From Stegostoma tigrinum (Eukaryota), in the NCBI RefSeq assembly GCF_030684315.1, contig NC_081396.1, positions 1,054,001 through 1,118,000 of the forward strand: a stretch of 64,000 nt of DNA, read 5' to 3'. Shown piece after piece: positions 13,020 to 25,125 of the stretch. The notes beneath the pieces were generated by a model, which was not told the DNA's origin, searched no databases, and saw only the letters and a list, made by a program, of their open reading frames with translations. Positions within the stretch are counted from its first letter, which is position 1, and every line of letters starts with the position of its first letter. The position numbers were made by a program, and so were the translations under genes.

Positions 13020-13209
13020 GGAATGCTTCACGCTCTGACCCTGCTGCCAGAGGCAGTGATCAGAAACTGCAACTACCGTCTGCCCCGCCACCAATACCAC
13101 GTCACAAAGGTGAGCAAGGCGCTGTCTCAGCAATTCATTGTCACCAAGGACCCTTCCACAATCACTGGTGCCAGCAGAGACTGTGTGATACGCTCTTTGA
13201 CCAGGAACA
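13020..13209 (-). pseudogene. Inverted TRAV-like V relic, 5' half
   Basis: After an AG acceptor the minus strand reads FLVKERITQSLLAPVIVEGSLVTMNC*DSALLTFVTWYWW...LQFLI, i.e. FR1-Cys-CDR1-Trp-FR2 of a V domain. Confidence 0.75.
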
Positions 13210-14732
13210 CTGTAACGTGGAATGAAATATCATCGTAGAAATGATGAGAGGAGATAAGCAAGCAAGCATCTAGCTCCCTGGAAACACGTTTTATTGTTCA
13301 GTGGGAAAATTGTCTGTTTAGTGCAATGAGCATATGTTGGTGTATATTCACACATACATTGACCTATCAAACATTTTTTAAAAATGAAAATTATTTTATT
13401 CCCTCCTCTGTTATTGTGTAACTGCAATGAAAAATAAAATGATATTTACACCGTTCACATTCGTACATCACGTGTTAGAATATCAGACTCTCACAATTCA
13501 CTTTGAGAAAATTTCTCTCTTCATTACCGAAAGATACTATTAGCTATTGGGTGTTTCTTTGCCCCTGGCGTGATGTCGATGTCTCTGGCTGGCATTGTAT
13601 GTGAAACCTTACCTAATTCAATTGAAGAAGGTGGTGGTGAACTGCCGTTACAAACGTCTGTATCAGTTGGCATAGAGGGAGGCTCAGGAATCCTTTGAAT
13701 CAAGAATCTGTCATCCATGAGCTGATCACGTGTGCCTTTCCACACTGATCTTCTTTGCGATCCCCACATTGACCCCTCTGCAAACTTCACAGCGGACATC
13801 TCTGTAATATGAAAACTACCCTTCCTTGTCTTTATGTCTGTGTTGACGCTGCTGTCAGGTTGGATTTGATGCCTGCTACTGCTGTCATCCGACTGATTTC
13901 CTGGAGATTTTCTCCATGAGATTGCAGCAACTTCAGGTCAACAAGTGAGGGCGGTACTGTGTCAGCTCAAATCAAGTTGAAATGCAATGCACAAATGCCT
14001 GCACAATTCCTGCTCGAACTGAAGACTGGGATTGCAATTTTTTTTCAGACGTACAGTGGTTCCTGCCAAAGGAGGCCTCTGTGTTCAGCGAATCAGTAAG
14101 AACCCACAGAGGGGAAAAGAAAGGTGAGACTAAGCTCACAAAAGAATACTGAGAGGGACGAACAGAGAGTGAGAGTGATAACCTTGAGCCTGAGAATAGA
14201 GAAACAGCAGTAGACGAGCAGAATAAAGGAGAATTTAGTGAAAGTCATAATTGAGTTAATGTTGGAAAAGGCTGAGTTTGGCTCCTCTAATGTAGAATGT
14301 GGAATTTGAGGGATGTAATTTGAGAGTACACAATGATGCTTGAAAACAAAGGGGTAGCGTCAGCTGTGTACGCACATTCCCACAGACTGGTTAAAAGAAA
14401 AATTGGCGTCAACTGGAGATTTGGCCAGTGAAAAGGAAAAAGAAGTCTTCAGAGTAAACACTAAAGTGATTTTTGAAAATTTCTTATCATGAATGCAAAT
14501 TAATGTTTCAGAGTTCTCGATGCTCAATTTTATGTGCAGTGACTGTAACCAACTAGGGATGTGTCAATTCATTCACAGCCTATGTCTTCTTCCCATCCAC
14601 ATAGCATCACCGCCCACGCAAGGCAGTGAGGTAAGAATGTCTGGTGATACGACATTTTTAAAATTGTGGGCGGGGTTATAGTTTGGGTGTCTTCAAATAT
14701 CTGAGTCCCTGATTTCACACAGGACAGCGACA

Positions 14733-15179
14733 ATGCGACTTCTCTGCACCTCGGTTCTGTGGGTGGCAATTCTAACAGGTAACTGAACATTCCACATTTC
14801 TTCATCTAGTCACAGGTGAAACTGACCCCAGCCTGACAGTTTCCAATTAATTTATGCTTTCCGTTTCAGATCTGAGTTGTGGAGATTCTGTCACTCAGCC
14901 ACTCTCCTCAGAAGTTCGGACAGAAGGATATGGGGTTACTCTAAGTTGTACTTATGAAACTACAGCGCGCTCCTATACAGTATTCTGGTACCGACAAAAA
15001 CTAGAATCTCAGCCTGATTTTATTCTGTACAAAGATACTAGTGGTTCCAATGATAAAGCAAATTTTGCACAAGATCGTTTCTCTATGGAGCTTCAGACCT
15101 CGAAGAAATTCTCAAGTTTGACTATAACTGGGCTGCAGCTGACTGACGCTGCCATGTACTATTGCGCATTCTGGAATGA
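14733..15179 (+). CDS. T-cell receptor alpha/delta V segment, apparently functional (leader 14733-14778, V exon 14870-15179)
   Basis: Leader MRLLCTSVLWVAILT with a phase-1 GT..AG intron, open V exon GDSVTQ...VTLSCTY...WYRQ...RFSMEL...LQLTDAAMYYCAF, and an intact RSS. Confidence 0.93.
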
Positions 15180-15218
15180 CACAGTGAAGCGAAACAGTCT
15201 CATCGCTGTACAAAAACT
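15180..15218 (+). promoter_or_regulatory. 23-RSS of the TCR V at 14733
   Basis: CACAGTG, 23-nt spacer, ACAAAAACT. Confidence 0.97.
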
Positions 15219-15659
15219 TCAGTGAATCACAGATGGGCTCTCTATGAGAATTTGGGTAAATCCAGCGTTGTTGCAATGTACTGTTAGAAATTTAAATCGC
15301 ACCAATAGGAATCTAAATTAACCACAATTCAAACTGTCACCCAACTCTTTCACGAAGCAGCTGATAATGTAAACTAAACGGTCCGAGCACTCACACAAGT
15401 CAGAACAAAGTCATATTTAAAAACTATCTTTCAAATCCCCAATAACAACAACTTTCTGTCGTATTATCTGCACGTAGTGAACTTGGACAGAGCTGTCCAT
15501 TTACATGATTCACATATCTTCCACACATGCCAGGGAGTAGTAAGCATATAAGAGACACGATTACAGTTTATTCATAGCGGTCTTTCAGATGGCTGATTTG
15601 ATTGTATTGACGGAATAGTGCATCAACACTCCCATCAACGATGACATCACAAAATAAAA

Positions 15660-16130
15660 ACAAATGTTGAGAAAGTGAAGAGCATCAAGTCGTTTGGAGT
15701 GAGGGCAACCAACACCTGTCCTCGACATTCTACGGAGATACAGCAGTCAAGAAGGCACAGCAACACCTCTCATCCTCAGGAGGCTTGATTGAAATTGTGC
15801 ATGTCCAGTATGTCCCTCACTAAAATCTACAGATGCATCATTGAGACTATACCGCCCTGGTGCTTAACAGGTTGTAATTGCAGATGGTTTTCCCAAGCCA
15901 ATAAGAAACGACAAAAGCTGGTGTCTGCAGCCCAGACAATCATGGAAGACAAGCTTCCTTCATGGAATCCATTCCCCTGGTCTCTGCTGCGCAAAGATTA
16001 CCATCATTATCAAAGACGGATTGAAATCCGGGAATGATCGTCTACAATCTCTTCAATCAGGCAGAAGTTTATCAGCTTCAGGAACAGGTTCTTCCCGGCC
16101 GTTATCAGAATGATAAATGAGCTCTGTGGA
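15660..16130 (+). mobile_element. Decayed non-LTR retrotransposon 3' fragment (Rex1/Babar-like)
   Basis: Reads VKKAQQHL..LRRL..., LTKIYRCIIETI, resembling the Rex1 KKAQQRLYFLRRL...YRCTIESIL motif. An inverted paralogue lies at ~50780-51240. Confidence 0.65.
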
Positions 16131-16496
16131 CTGAACTAATGCTGGACTTGCTCACCTGGGTCTCGCCTTACGTGCATCTTATCAAATAAAACCTGTACGC
16201 CTCTGCCTACACATTTTTGATCTGTACACTATTTGCTTACTGCGATCTGCTTTTTCGACTCATAAACAATGCTTTTCACGTTAGTCCAGTACACATGACA
16301 AGAAAATAATAATAATAAAATTTTCTGATGAGGGCAAACATAGCACCCTGCTATCTGAGTGCGCATATATGTTTCCTTTTGTGTATTTCTGCTTTTGACT
16401 ATGAGCATAGAAATGTGCATGAATATCTGTTATTGCACAAGAGCAAGGGCAAGCCAATCAGACGGAGGACAACAGTATACAACATCATTCAAGATG

Positions 16497-16713
16497 GGAG
16501 GAATACAGATGCTCAAATTCTGAGATAACAAAGGATAGAGTTAGATGAACACAACAAGCCAAGCAGTATCAGAGGAGCAGGAAAGCTGCTTTATGGGGCC
16601 TAGACCCTTCTTCAGAAAATTTTCTGAAGAAGGTTCTAGGCCTGAAACGTCAGCGTTCCTCCTCCATTGATGCTGCGTGGCCTGCTGTTTTCATCCAGCT
16701 TTACATCTTGTTC
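16497..16713. mobile_element. Palindromic Penelope-like terminal-repeat insert with hammerhead ribozyme core
   Basis: Imperfect inverted repeat centred near 16620. Contains CTGAAGA-AGGTTCTAGGCCT-GAAAC-GTC at 16624-16651. Absent from the paralogous site at ~50420. Confidence 0.7.
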
Positions 16714-18680
16714 GAACACATCTAAGACATGGACAGTGTGCAGTCTTTATTCCGCTCAGCTCATATGTCCAGCCGACATTCACAAATTAACTGGCCTTTT
16801 TGTAATGTTTCCTGTGTCCTTTGCTTGTCTTCATTCAACCACGTGTCATTCAGAACCACACCTTCCACATCTCCCACGTCAGTTCGCCAGTGTAACAATG
16901 TACTGTTAAGTAACATCGCAATTGCTCAGTGTAAGGCCCTGAATCAGGAATGGCTGGTACACAGGGGACCGATTTTGAAAATATTAAGAGGCTGATTCTT
17001 AAATCAAACACAAATTATGATTCCCCTCAATGGCGAGTTTTACTTCAGTTGTTCTCTGAATGCTGGAAAACTTGCTTAATTTCTTGATTTGTTTATTGCA
17101 GGTAACAGACCAGACGTTCATTTCCACTCTTAAATTCCAAAGTGTAATGGGGCATACCTTGTGTTTGTTAGTATTAGAATACTATCAGAATATGAGCAAG
17201 TGATGTGGAGGGTTCTTGTGATGTTGTTTTAGTGTCCCTAACTTTGATTCCTGCAGCAGACCTTCAAATGTCAATGTTGCAAAGATGGGTGATGGAGAGA
17301 CGATGGGGAAGAAGGCACATAGAAGCAATCTCAGAATAATGAGTAAAACATCCAAGAAAGAGATGAAGAAATATTTCTTCTCTGAGAGGGAAAAGTTCTT
17401 TCCTATAATTTCTGACAGAGTTTAGGTGCTAATTATATTCAAGTGAAAGACAGGCATAGTAATAGTAGATATCTTTGGCCTCTATGTGGCTTTTAGACAG
17501 ACGTGATTAAACTGAAACATATAAGGTCCTGAGAGGCCTTCATTCGCTGCCCTTGTACAAATATAATTCACACGATGAAGTTGTACGTGCTCGCCACACT
17601 GATTGTCTGTCTAATTGCCGCACAGAACCCGCTGCAATCCCTGTGCTTTTCTTGCATGTGTGTGTGTTGATGCATCTGTGAGGTTAAATGCGGCTGTTTG
17701 CTGTTGCTTTTCTGTGTGATACTGTGACGATTTTTGCTTTGTGCAAGTGAAGTAGCTTCACAACACCAACTGAGGGTGACGCTGTCTCACTTTAAACACA
17801 AATTGAAGTGCAATTGCAACATATTAAATAACACCAAAGCCCAAAAATTATCTCACATTCAGCAGAGGGACACATGTGCATGATCGCTCGAGTGGATGCA
17901 CACACATACAAATATGTGCACGTGCACGCACGCATAGAAAGACAGACAGACCCTGTTAGAATGGGCGATCCATAATATAACATTAAGATGTAGAGTGAAT
18001 CCTGTTCTATGAGGACGCTGCCTCCAGTAACTCTGAAAACATCAATAGATGGGAGGAAGGAAAGTGAAACTTGAGCTCAGCGAGGAATGCTGAGCAGAAC
18101 TAACAGAGGGAGAATGTGATAATCGTGAGTCTGAGGGCTGTGATGCAACAACAGAGAAGGAGGATAATCGAGAATCTGGTAAAAGTGATAGCAGAGATAC
18201 TGTTGAGTTAAAGTTGAGATTGAGTCCAGTGATATCGAACGTGAGATAGTAATCTGAGAGTGGAGTATTTGCGGAGCCGAAAGAATTGTGTGCAGGCCGT
18301 GAAAATCAGGAATGACGGCGCTGCAAATTTAGGTGCAGCAATTATTTGGCTCAGACCAAGCACTCGTGTCAGGTTGGGATGTGGGATAGGAAAAAATGGA
18401 ACAGAGCATTGAGAGTAAATTGTACAGTGAATCTAGGGAACTACATTTTAAGGATGGAAGTCAATTTGTCAGAATTCTCGGTTCTCCATTTTAAGTACAG
18501 TGACTGTAACCCATCTTGAGATGTGTCAATTCACTGAGAGGCTGTTCTTTTCCTCCTGCCCTCAGTGTACCACCGCATCCTGAAAGAAGTGAGGTGGCAG
18601 TCCTGAGTTTACTGAGGACGTGTTTATAGACTGGGTTTCCTTAAATATTCGACAGCCGTATTAAACTGAGGGTAGAGATA

Positions 18681-19169
18681 ATGTGGCTACTCAGCATCTG
18701 GGGTGTTTGGGGATCAATGTTAACAGCTACTTGTGGAGGAACCACAATTCACATTCCTTTAACAATAATATTTTAAATTGATGCAAGGTAATAACTTGAA
18801 ATTAACGTTTGTTTTTCCTTTCACACCTGAGTCATGGAAATTCTGCCACTGTGTCATTTTCTCAGATGTTCATGCAGAAGATGAGGTCGTGGCTCTAAAT
18901 TGTACCTATGATACAACATTGAGCTCCCACAGGTTATATTGGTGCTGATAACATCCAGGCACACATTCTGAATATATACTGAGGAAAAGTACTCATGGTA
19001 ATGAGAATAAAGCAGATTTTGCTAAAAGCCACTTCTCAATAGAACTCCAGGTCTCGAAGAAATTCACAAGTTTGACCATCACTGGGATCCTTCTGACTGA
19101 CACTGCTGTGTATTCCTGACATCGTGGGCACACAGTCATGATAAAAATTCTTTACCCTGTACAAAAACT
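18681..19169 (+). pseudogene. TRAV/TRDV-type V pseudogene
   Basis: Leader MWLLSIWGVWGSMLT with donor GT mutated to CT and a mutated acceptor. Frameshift and stops, including TGA at the second Cys. RSS CACAGTC 19131-19137, 23 nt, ACAAAAACT. Confidence 0.9.
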
Positions 19170-19362
19170 GCCTTCAGACCACTGACTGCTCTAATTGCTG
19201 AGGAAACCAAACTAATGTAGCATGAAACTGCCAACCAAGGGTTTCTCGTATCTGCTGAGAAAAGGAAGTGCAGATTCTGAGCTCACACACACGCGGCCCT
19301 GGCAATGAAGAAATGAAATGGGATCATCTGGAAACATAGCATCAGTTCATGAGTGGGCTGGC

Positions 19363-19690
19363 CCAGTGAAACAGTGCACATTGGTTAGCACTGCTGCCTC
19401 ACCGTGCGAGGAACCTGGGCTTGATTCCAACCTAAGGTGACTGTCTGTGTGGAGTTTGCATATTCTCTCTGTGTCTGCATGGGTTTCGCCCGGGTGTTCC
19501 AATTTCCTCCCACAGTCCAAAAATGGGCAGATTAAGTGGATTGGTCATGCTAAATTGCCCGAAGTGTTCAGGAGGGTGCAGATTAGGTGGGTTTCGGGGA
19601 TGGGGCTGGGTGGGATGCTCTGAGGTTCAGCCTTGACTTGTTGGGCTGAAGGGCCTAATTCCACACTGTAGGGATTCTATGATTCTATCA
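19363..19690 (+). mobile_element. tRNA-derived V-SINE (HE1-like)
   Basis: TGGTTAGCACTGCTGCCTCAC head, CTGTGTGGAGTTTGCA...CTCCCACAGTCCAAA central domain, CCACACTGTAGGGATTCTATGATTCTAT tail. Confidence 0.88.
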
Positions 19691-20537
19691 CAGGCAGGCT
19701 TTTTAAATTGGCGTCGCTGAAAATGCTGATTCGAGTGTATTGAGGGGAAGCTGAATCTATCCTCTCATTATGGATGTAATCAAATAGAGCTGTGTTTATC
19801 TGCCATCGTCAGCCCCTTCAGTTGGTGCCTCACTGTCATTCAGCTGACATTCAACTTCATTTGTACTTCTTTTTGTTTACCTGTAAGACACTGGATTCTA
19901 TCTCAATTTGATTAGAGACTCTAATGGAAGAAAAAAAAGTTACAGGACGATTTTTAAAACCTCACTTTAATGAGATTTTTCAGCTGATATTTTCATGTCA
20001 CAGCTCACATTCCTGAGTACGCTACTATTCTCTGTGTTTAAACTAAGTGATCTTGGTTCTTTGGTTTCAGTTCACGCATTCGTGAAAGTGCACGTGCGAC
20101 ATTTCCTTGATTGGTTTATAATGCACTTTGAAGAGCAGAATCTTTGTCTGTTTCGAAGCTGCACTCCTGTCAACAGGACATGAAGATGGAGGTGTGATTA
20201 ACATGCTCCTGAGAAGAAATCAACTAGATGAGTTCCAGATCAGTAGCTGTGGTGTGTTACTGAGGATCTGCTGATGTCAGTGGAGAGTTCCACGCTCGGA
20301 TTCCAATTGATTGCTGTTCTCGTGACACCTACTCTAGATGTGTCTAAAAACATCTAAGAACACATAGCTTCGAAAATGGAAGCGCTTTAAATTCTCACCA
20401 ATCTCGATTCACACAATATTTCCATATTGAACAGGATAGTTTCACATAATTCTTTTTCAGACAATAATTGTTGTTCTTCTGTAAAACTGTTGATGCTCAG
20501 ACCGCAAAGGTGTCAGCCTGACTCCTGACTGCCTCGA

Positions 20538-20845
20538 GTATCTATTCTGGTTGCTCTTTGAGTTGTTACATGCTGATGATCACCAGGCAGTGGTAAATCA
20601 CAGTACCCTTCCTCCTGATGTCTCTGATGATGAGTGTGTGCCGTTTCTGCTCTGGTGAAGATTGGCCCGACTTCTCTACGCAGACAGAGGCCATGATCAG
20701 AAGTTGTGGCTCCCTCCGCCATGCCACCTGTACCACTTCACAAAGCTAAGGAATGTCCTGGTACAGTAGGCCTTTGCCATCGAGGGGCATTCCACAGCTA
20801 TTAGTGCCACAGGCGACTGTGTAATCCGTACTTTGGCCAGGAATT
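20538..20845 (-). pseudogene. Inverted TRAV-like V relic, near full length
   Basis: Minus strand after an AG: FLAKVRITQSPVALIAVE...YC...FVKWYRW and, after a frameshift, EQKRHTLIIRDIRRKGTVIYHCLV. Decayed RSS. Homologous to 13020-13209. Confidence 0.75.
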
Positions 20846-21372
20846 CTGTAACATGGAATTAAGCCCCCACAGGAGGAATGATGATAGGAGATAATGGAGC
20901 ACGCTTCCAGCTCCTTGGAAACACATTGAAATTGCCATTGGGGAAACAGACCGCTCATTCCAAAGGGCATTCACTGATCTATATTAACACATCCTGTTTA
21001 TTCCCAATCTATTTTTTGTTCAGTCTGTTCCCTCCACAATCCGTGCTTGTCTACATGGCAGTCTTTTTTTTTATATAAATATACTTTTCATTCTGGCAGA
21101 TCTGTTGAGAAATTCCAGCCATTTCTGTTTTTGTTTCTCAGAGTGTTTATCCCTGTTTTCCGCCACGGAGTTCAATGCAATGCAGTTCTAGCCTCTATTG
21201 ATGGACGTCCTTCAATTTACAAGGGAAAGGTGAAACTGATCATGGAATCCGCCAGAGAGAGAGCAGCAACGAATGGCATCATTCAAACCGAAAACAGCAT
21301 CAACTCACACAAAGAAGCAGTGTCGAGTCTTTTCTTATCTCAAGTTGCAAAACCAACTGAAATTCATAAATT

Positions 21373-21592
21373 GAAATTGTAGCAGAGATAATGGGAACTG
21401 CAGATGCTGGAGAATCCAAGATAACAAAGTGTGGAGCTGGATGAACACAGCAGGCCAAGCAGCATCTCAGGAGCACAAAAGCTGACGTTTCGGGCCTCTC
21501 TGATGAAGGGTCTAGGCCCAATACATCAGCTTTTGTGCTCCTGAGATGCTACTTGGCCTGCTTTGTTCATCCAGACCCACACTTTGTTATCT
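21373..21592. mobile_element. Palindromic Penelope-like terminal-repeat insert with a 16-bp direct flank
   Basis: ~80-bp inverted arms around CTGATGAAGGGTCTAGGCCC. CTGAAATTCATAAATT is repeated at 21357-21372 and 21591-21606. Confidence 0.75.
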
Positions 21593-23409
21593 GAAATTCA
21601 TAAATTCACTGTTTATATTTTAATGTATCTTTTGTACTTTGCTGCTCTTTGCTAGGATGACTGTTATTCTGAAAACCCCTTTCCACTAACCCATGTCAGT
21701 TTTACGAGAATCATAGAACTTATTTTTTTTTCTCAAGAAGGTATGTTTGCTCGGATTGACTTTCAGGATGAATCGATGCATCTCACAATAGATTGATTCT
21801 CATACTTGAAAACAGAATCAACGTTAGATTCTTCACAAGACCTCTTCAGCTGTCTTTCTTTCTACTACTGGACATCTTGATCGATAGATAGATGAATTGA
21901 TAGATCGATAGATAGTTCGACAGATNNNNNNNNNNNNNNNNNNNNNNNNNNNNNNNNNNNNNNNNNNNNNNNNNNNNNNNNNNNNNNNNNNNNNNNNNNN
22001 NNNNNNNNNNNNNNNNNNNNNNNNNNNNNNNNNNNNNNNNNNNNNNNNNNNNNNNNNNNNNNNNNNNNNNNNNNNAAACAGATGAAAATATAGTTAGATG
22101 GAGGAGTAGGCAGATTGATGGATGGAAAGTCACACAGAGATAATCAGGGCACCAAGACTGAAAGAGAGAGAGAGTTAGTTTAATGAGTACGTTGCTACAA
22201 TGTCAATAATGTAACTCCTTGTTTTATTGTATCATTGTCACACTATCCCACAAAAATGGCTCCTAAGTTGTCTTTCTACTTCGACTGCCTCTCTTGCTCT
22301 NNNNNNNNNNNNNNNNNNNNNNNNNNNNNNNNNNNNNNNNNNNNNNNNNNNNNNNNNNNNNNNNNNNNNNNNNNNNNNNNNNNNNNNNNNNNNNNNNNNN
22401 NNNNNNNNNNNNNNNNNNNNNNNNNNNNNNNNNNNNNNNNNNNNNNNNNNNNNNGCTGCTGTCAGATTTGGTGATGGTGTCTGCTGCTGCTCTATACTTG
22501 GCTGATTTCCTGGTGATTTTATGATTCGTCGTTGCAGTACCAGCACGCCAACGCCTAAAAAAAACCCCTCCATTGTTTTTTCTCTGTATCAGTGCCAGCC
22601 GACTCACATATATTAGTCTCCTCTGTTGGCTTCTTCGGGGACACTCAGTGCTATCTGTATTGCCCTCTGTTTGTGTCTCTTTGTATTTGCACTGAATTTC
22701 AAACTCGCTCTCTCCATCTTGGCCATTGCCTCCATGTTAGTGAACTCAGCCGCAATTTGATTGTAGACACCATAATGGAACACAACCCACCCCCGACACC
22801 ACCAAAAAGGGAATCTATAATGGCGTCTTTTTTCACAATTGTTCACGTCTTCATTTCAACTGCATTTCCACGGGGGTTACTGACGCCAATATTGTTCTCT
22901 GTTTCACTAATGTGGTGTGTAAGATGTCCCAGGTCTTTGCATGTCAATTAGCAAGTGAATAGAAGCATAACAGCGACAATTCCTTCGCTCATATCTTTTG
23001 TGCATTATAAAGAATAGATCAACTGTTTATTTCAATGTTGTACTCCTTTAAATGTAAAATGAAGATGCATATGTGATTAACACGGATTATCCTGATTATC
23101 CTGAATGAAATCAACTGAAGTGATTTAGTCTTCAGATTTTCAGGGTCTGATGATTTTCAAAGCCACTGTCACCCACTTTGAATCAAGTGGCTCGGATTTC
23201 TAGCTTAACCTGGCCTAGAAGTGTGTACAACATCTCTGAACAGGCTGTTTAATAAATAGATGCGCTCTTGATTCTTATAGATGAAAATTCATGTAATAAC
23301 AACCATATTGGGCATGGGAGGGCCACATAATTCATTTCTAACCAGTCACTGCTGCTCCTCTGAAAAGCTGATAGGGTTGAGTTGGTGAGGCAGTCTAACT
23401 CCTGTCTCT

Positions 23410-23575
23410 CCAAAGTTTCTGTACTGGTTGCTCTTTGTATCAAGGCAATGGTCATCATTCTGAGAGAGACAGCAACGTCCTTCATCTCGATGTCACTGAT
23501 TGTCCAATTGCTGTGTTTGTGTTCCCACTGAAGAGTGCCATGAAACCTTCCTGGTCTGACCACCCTGTCCAAGAT
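23410..23575 (-). pseudogene. Inverted V relic, FR3/RSS part
   Basis: Minus ORF reads PGRFHGTLQWEHKHSNWTISDIEMKDVAV followed by ...GT-ACAGAAACT, a nonamer-like site. The flank is shared with 20538. Confidence 0.6.
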
Positions 23576-25075
23576 CTGGCTCTCTTTTGCCGCGCCGCAT
23601 TGTATTACAAACTGGTGAGAATGCCACAGAGGCTTTCACCTCTAAATTCAATAAATCACTGACAAATATCTCCCATGACACAAATAGAGGCGTTCACCAC
23701 GAAGAGAAAAACACACAGAAAGTGAGTCAATTGCAATTGTGTGCGCACTTGCGCACGCACGTGCACAGACAATGACCAAATATTCATGTACCTAGCCTGT
23801 GATATACCGCGACTTACACTGGCAGACAGTCTCAGATACACTTCCATGCATCTTAATTTGTAACGTAATACCTGTTGTAATATGAGTACCATATATTTGG
23901 ATTGCATTTTCTGTGCGAATTCTGTGTACTTGCTGCAAATTGTGAAGATTTTGATGCAAACCTGGGATATAGAATTGACTGAAAGTTTGGCGCCTGTTCA
24001 ATGTGGTCCAGACCCCTTCCACTCCATGAGTACATTCAGGTAACAGGTTGGAAGCTCTCGGGATGTGATCAGTTGGCTCCAGATTCAGTGCTGCTCCTGA
24101 AATATATTTTTCAGATAATCACACTACCCTGTTCTCTCCGCAGCACAGCCTCAAGTACTTTGCTACCTAAAACCTATCATTCTAACATTTGACAAATGAA
24201 AATCGAAAAGTCTCCATTGTCACATCGGGCAGTCAGTTCATACCCCTGCAAATTGCTATTTGAATAAATTATCTCCATGTCATACCTGATTCCTTTGCAA
24301 GGTTTATACATCACTGGGTAAATAAAACATTTGGAAAAAGATGACGGCATGAGACATAATCAGCATCATTTTGTGGTAGGCAAATCATGTTTAACAATTC
24401 TATTTTTTGGCGATTTAACAGTAGAATTGAAAACCTTGAGTCAATGCATGTGTAATATTGGATTTTCTGGAAATGTTTTAAAAACATCCGACGTAAGATG
24501 ATAATGGGTTGCAGTCAACTTCAAGATTTTTGTGTCAACATATTGGCGCAGAACAGGAGTTGATAGTCATAAAGGAAACCAGAGTGGGAAAAGGAACGAG
24601 TCTTTTTTTGCAACAGCAAAATGAGGTTCTGTGCGCTATTGGGCAATCATTGCACCTTTTATATATCTAGGTACAGTCGTCTACAAGCAAGAAATACATT
24701 GAAGTTGTTTGCTGGTTAGAGTCAGGCTCCAATGTTTGTTTTTCTTTTCATGTGCTACGAAACTGCTTTGGTTGATGAATATATATATTTGAAATGAATT
24801 GGATCGAGACAGTAACTCTCAATTCATTCTGTTCTCTAATGTTCACAATGAGATGCTGCTGCTGTGCAGTCCACCAGGGGTATTAAGAATCCTGTAGATT
24901 TACACCAGGCACTCAAATGGTTGGAAACCAATACCTTATATCGTTAAAGCAGCCCCCTCTTCTGCCAATTCGTACAACCCTGTGACAGCGAGGCAGAGTC
25001 CAGTTATCCACCAAATAACTTTACCAATGAGTGGCTGGAAGACAGACGGACACATTTAACACAGCTTCAGCAACC

Positions 25076-25125
25076 ATGGTGCCACCTAGGTCTATCACTC
25101 TGCTTCTTGCTTTTTTTTCAATGGT
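25076..25125 (+). pseudogene. Orphan leader exon of an IgVH-like V (V exon missing)
   Basis: MVPPRSITLLLAFFS is homologous to the TAILV-like leaders and is preceded by the same upstream block (24800-25075). No V exon follows. Confidence 0.65.

Noticed and set aside
13524-13799. 91-aa minus-strand ORF
   Set aside because: No recognisable domain, and the frame is not clearly preserved in the partial inverted paralogue near 53050-53170.
14493-14500. ATGCAAAT octamer upstream of the functional TCR V (and ATTTGCAT at 38262)
   Set aside because: Not conserved at the homologous positions of paralogues. An 8-mer is expected by chance in AT-rich DNA of this length.
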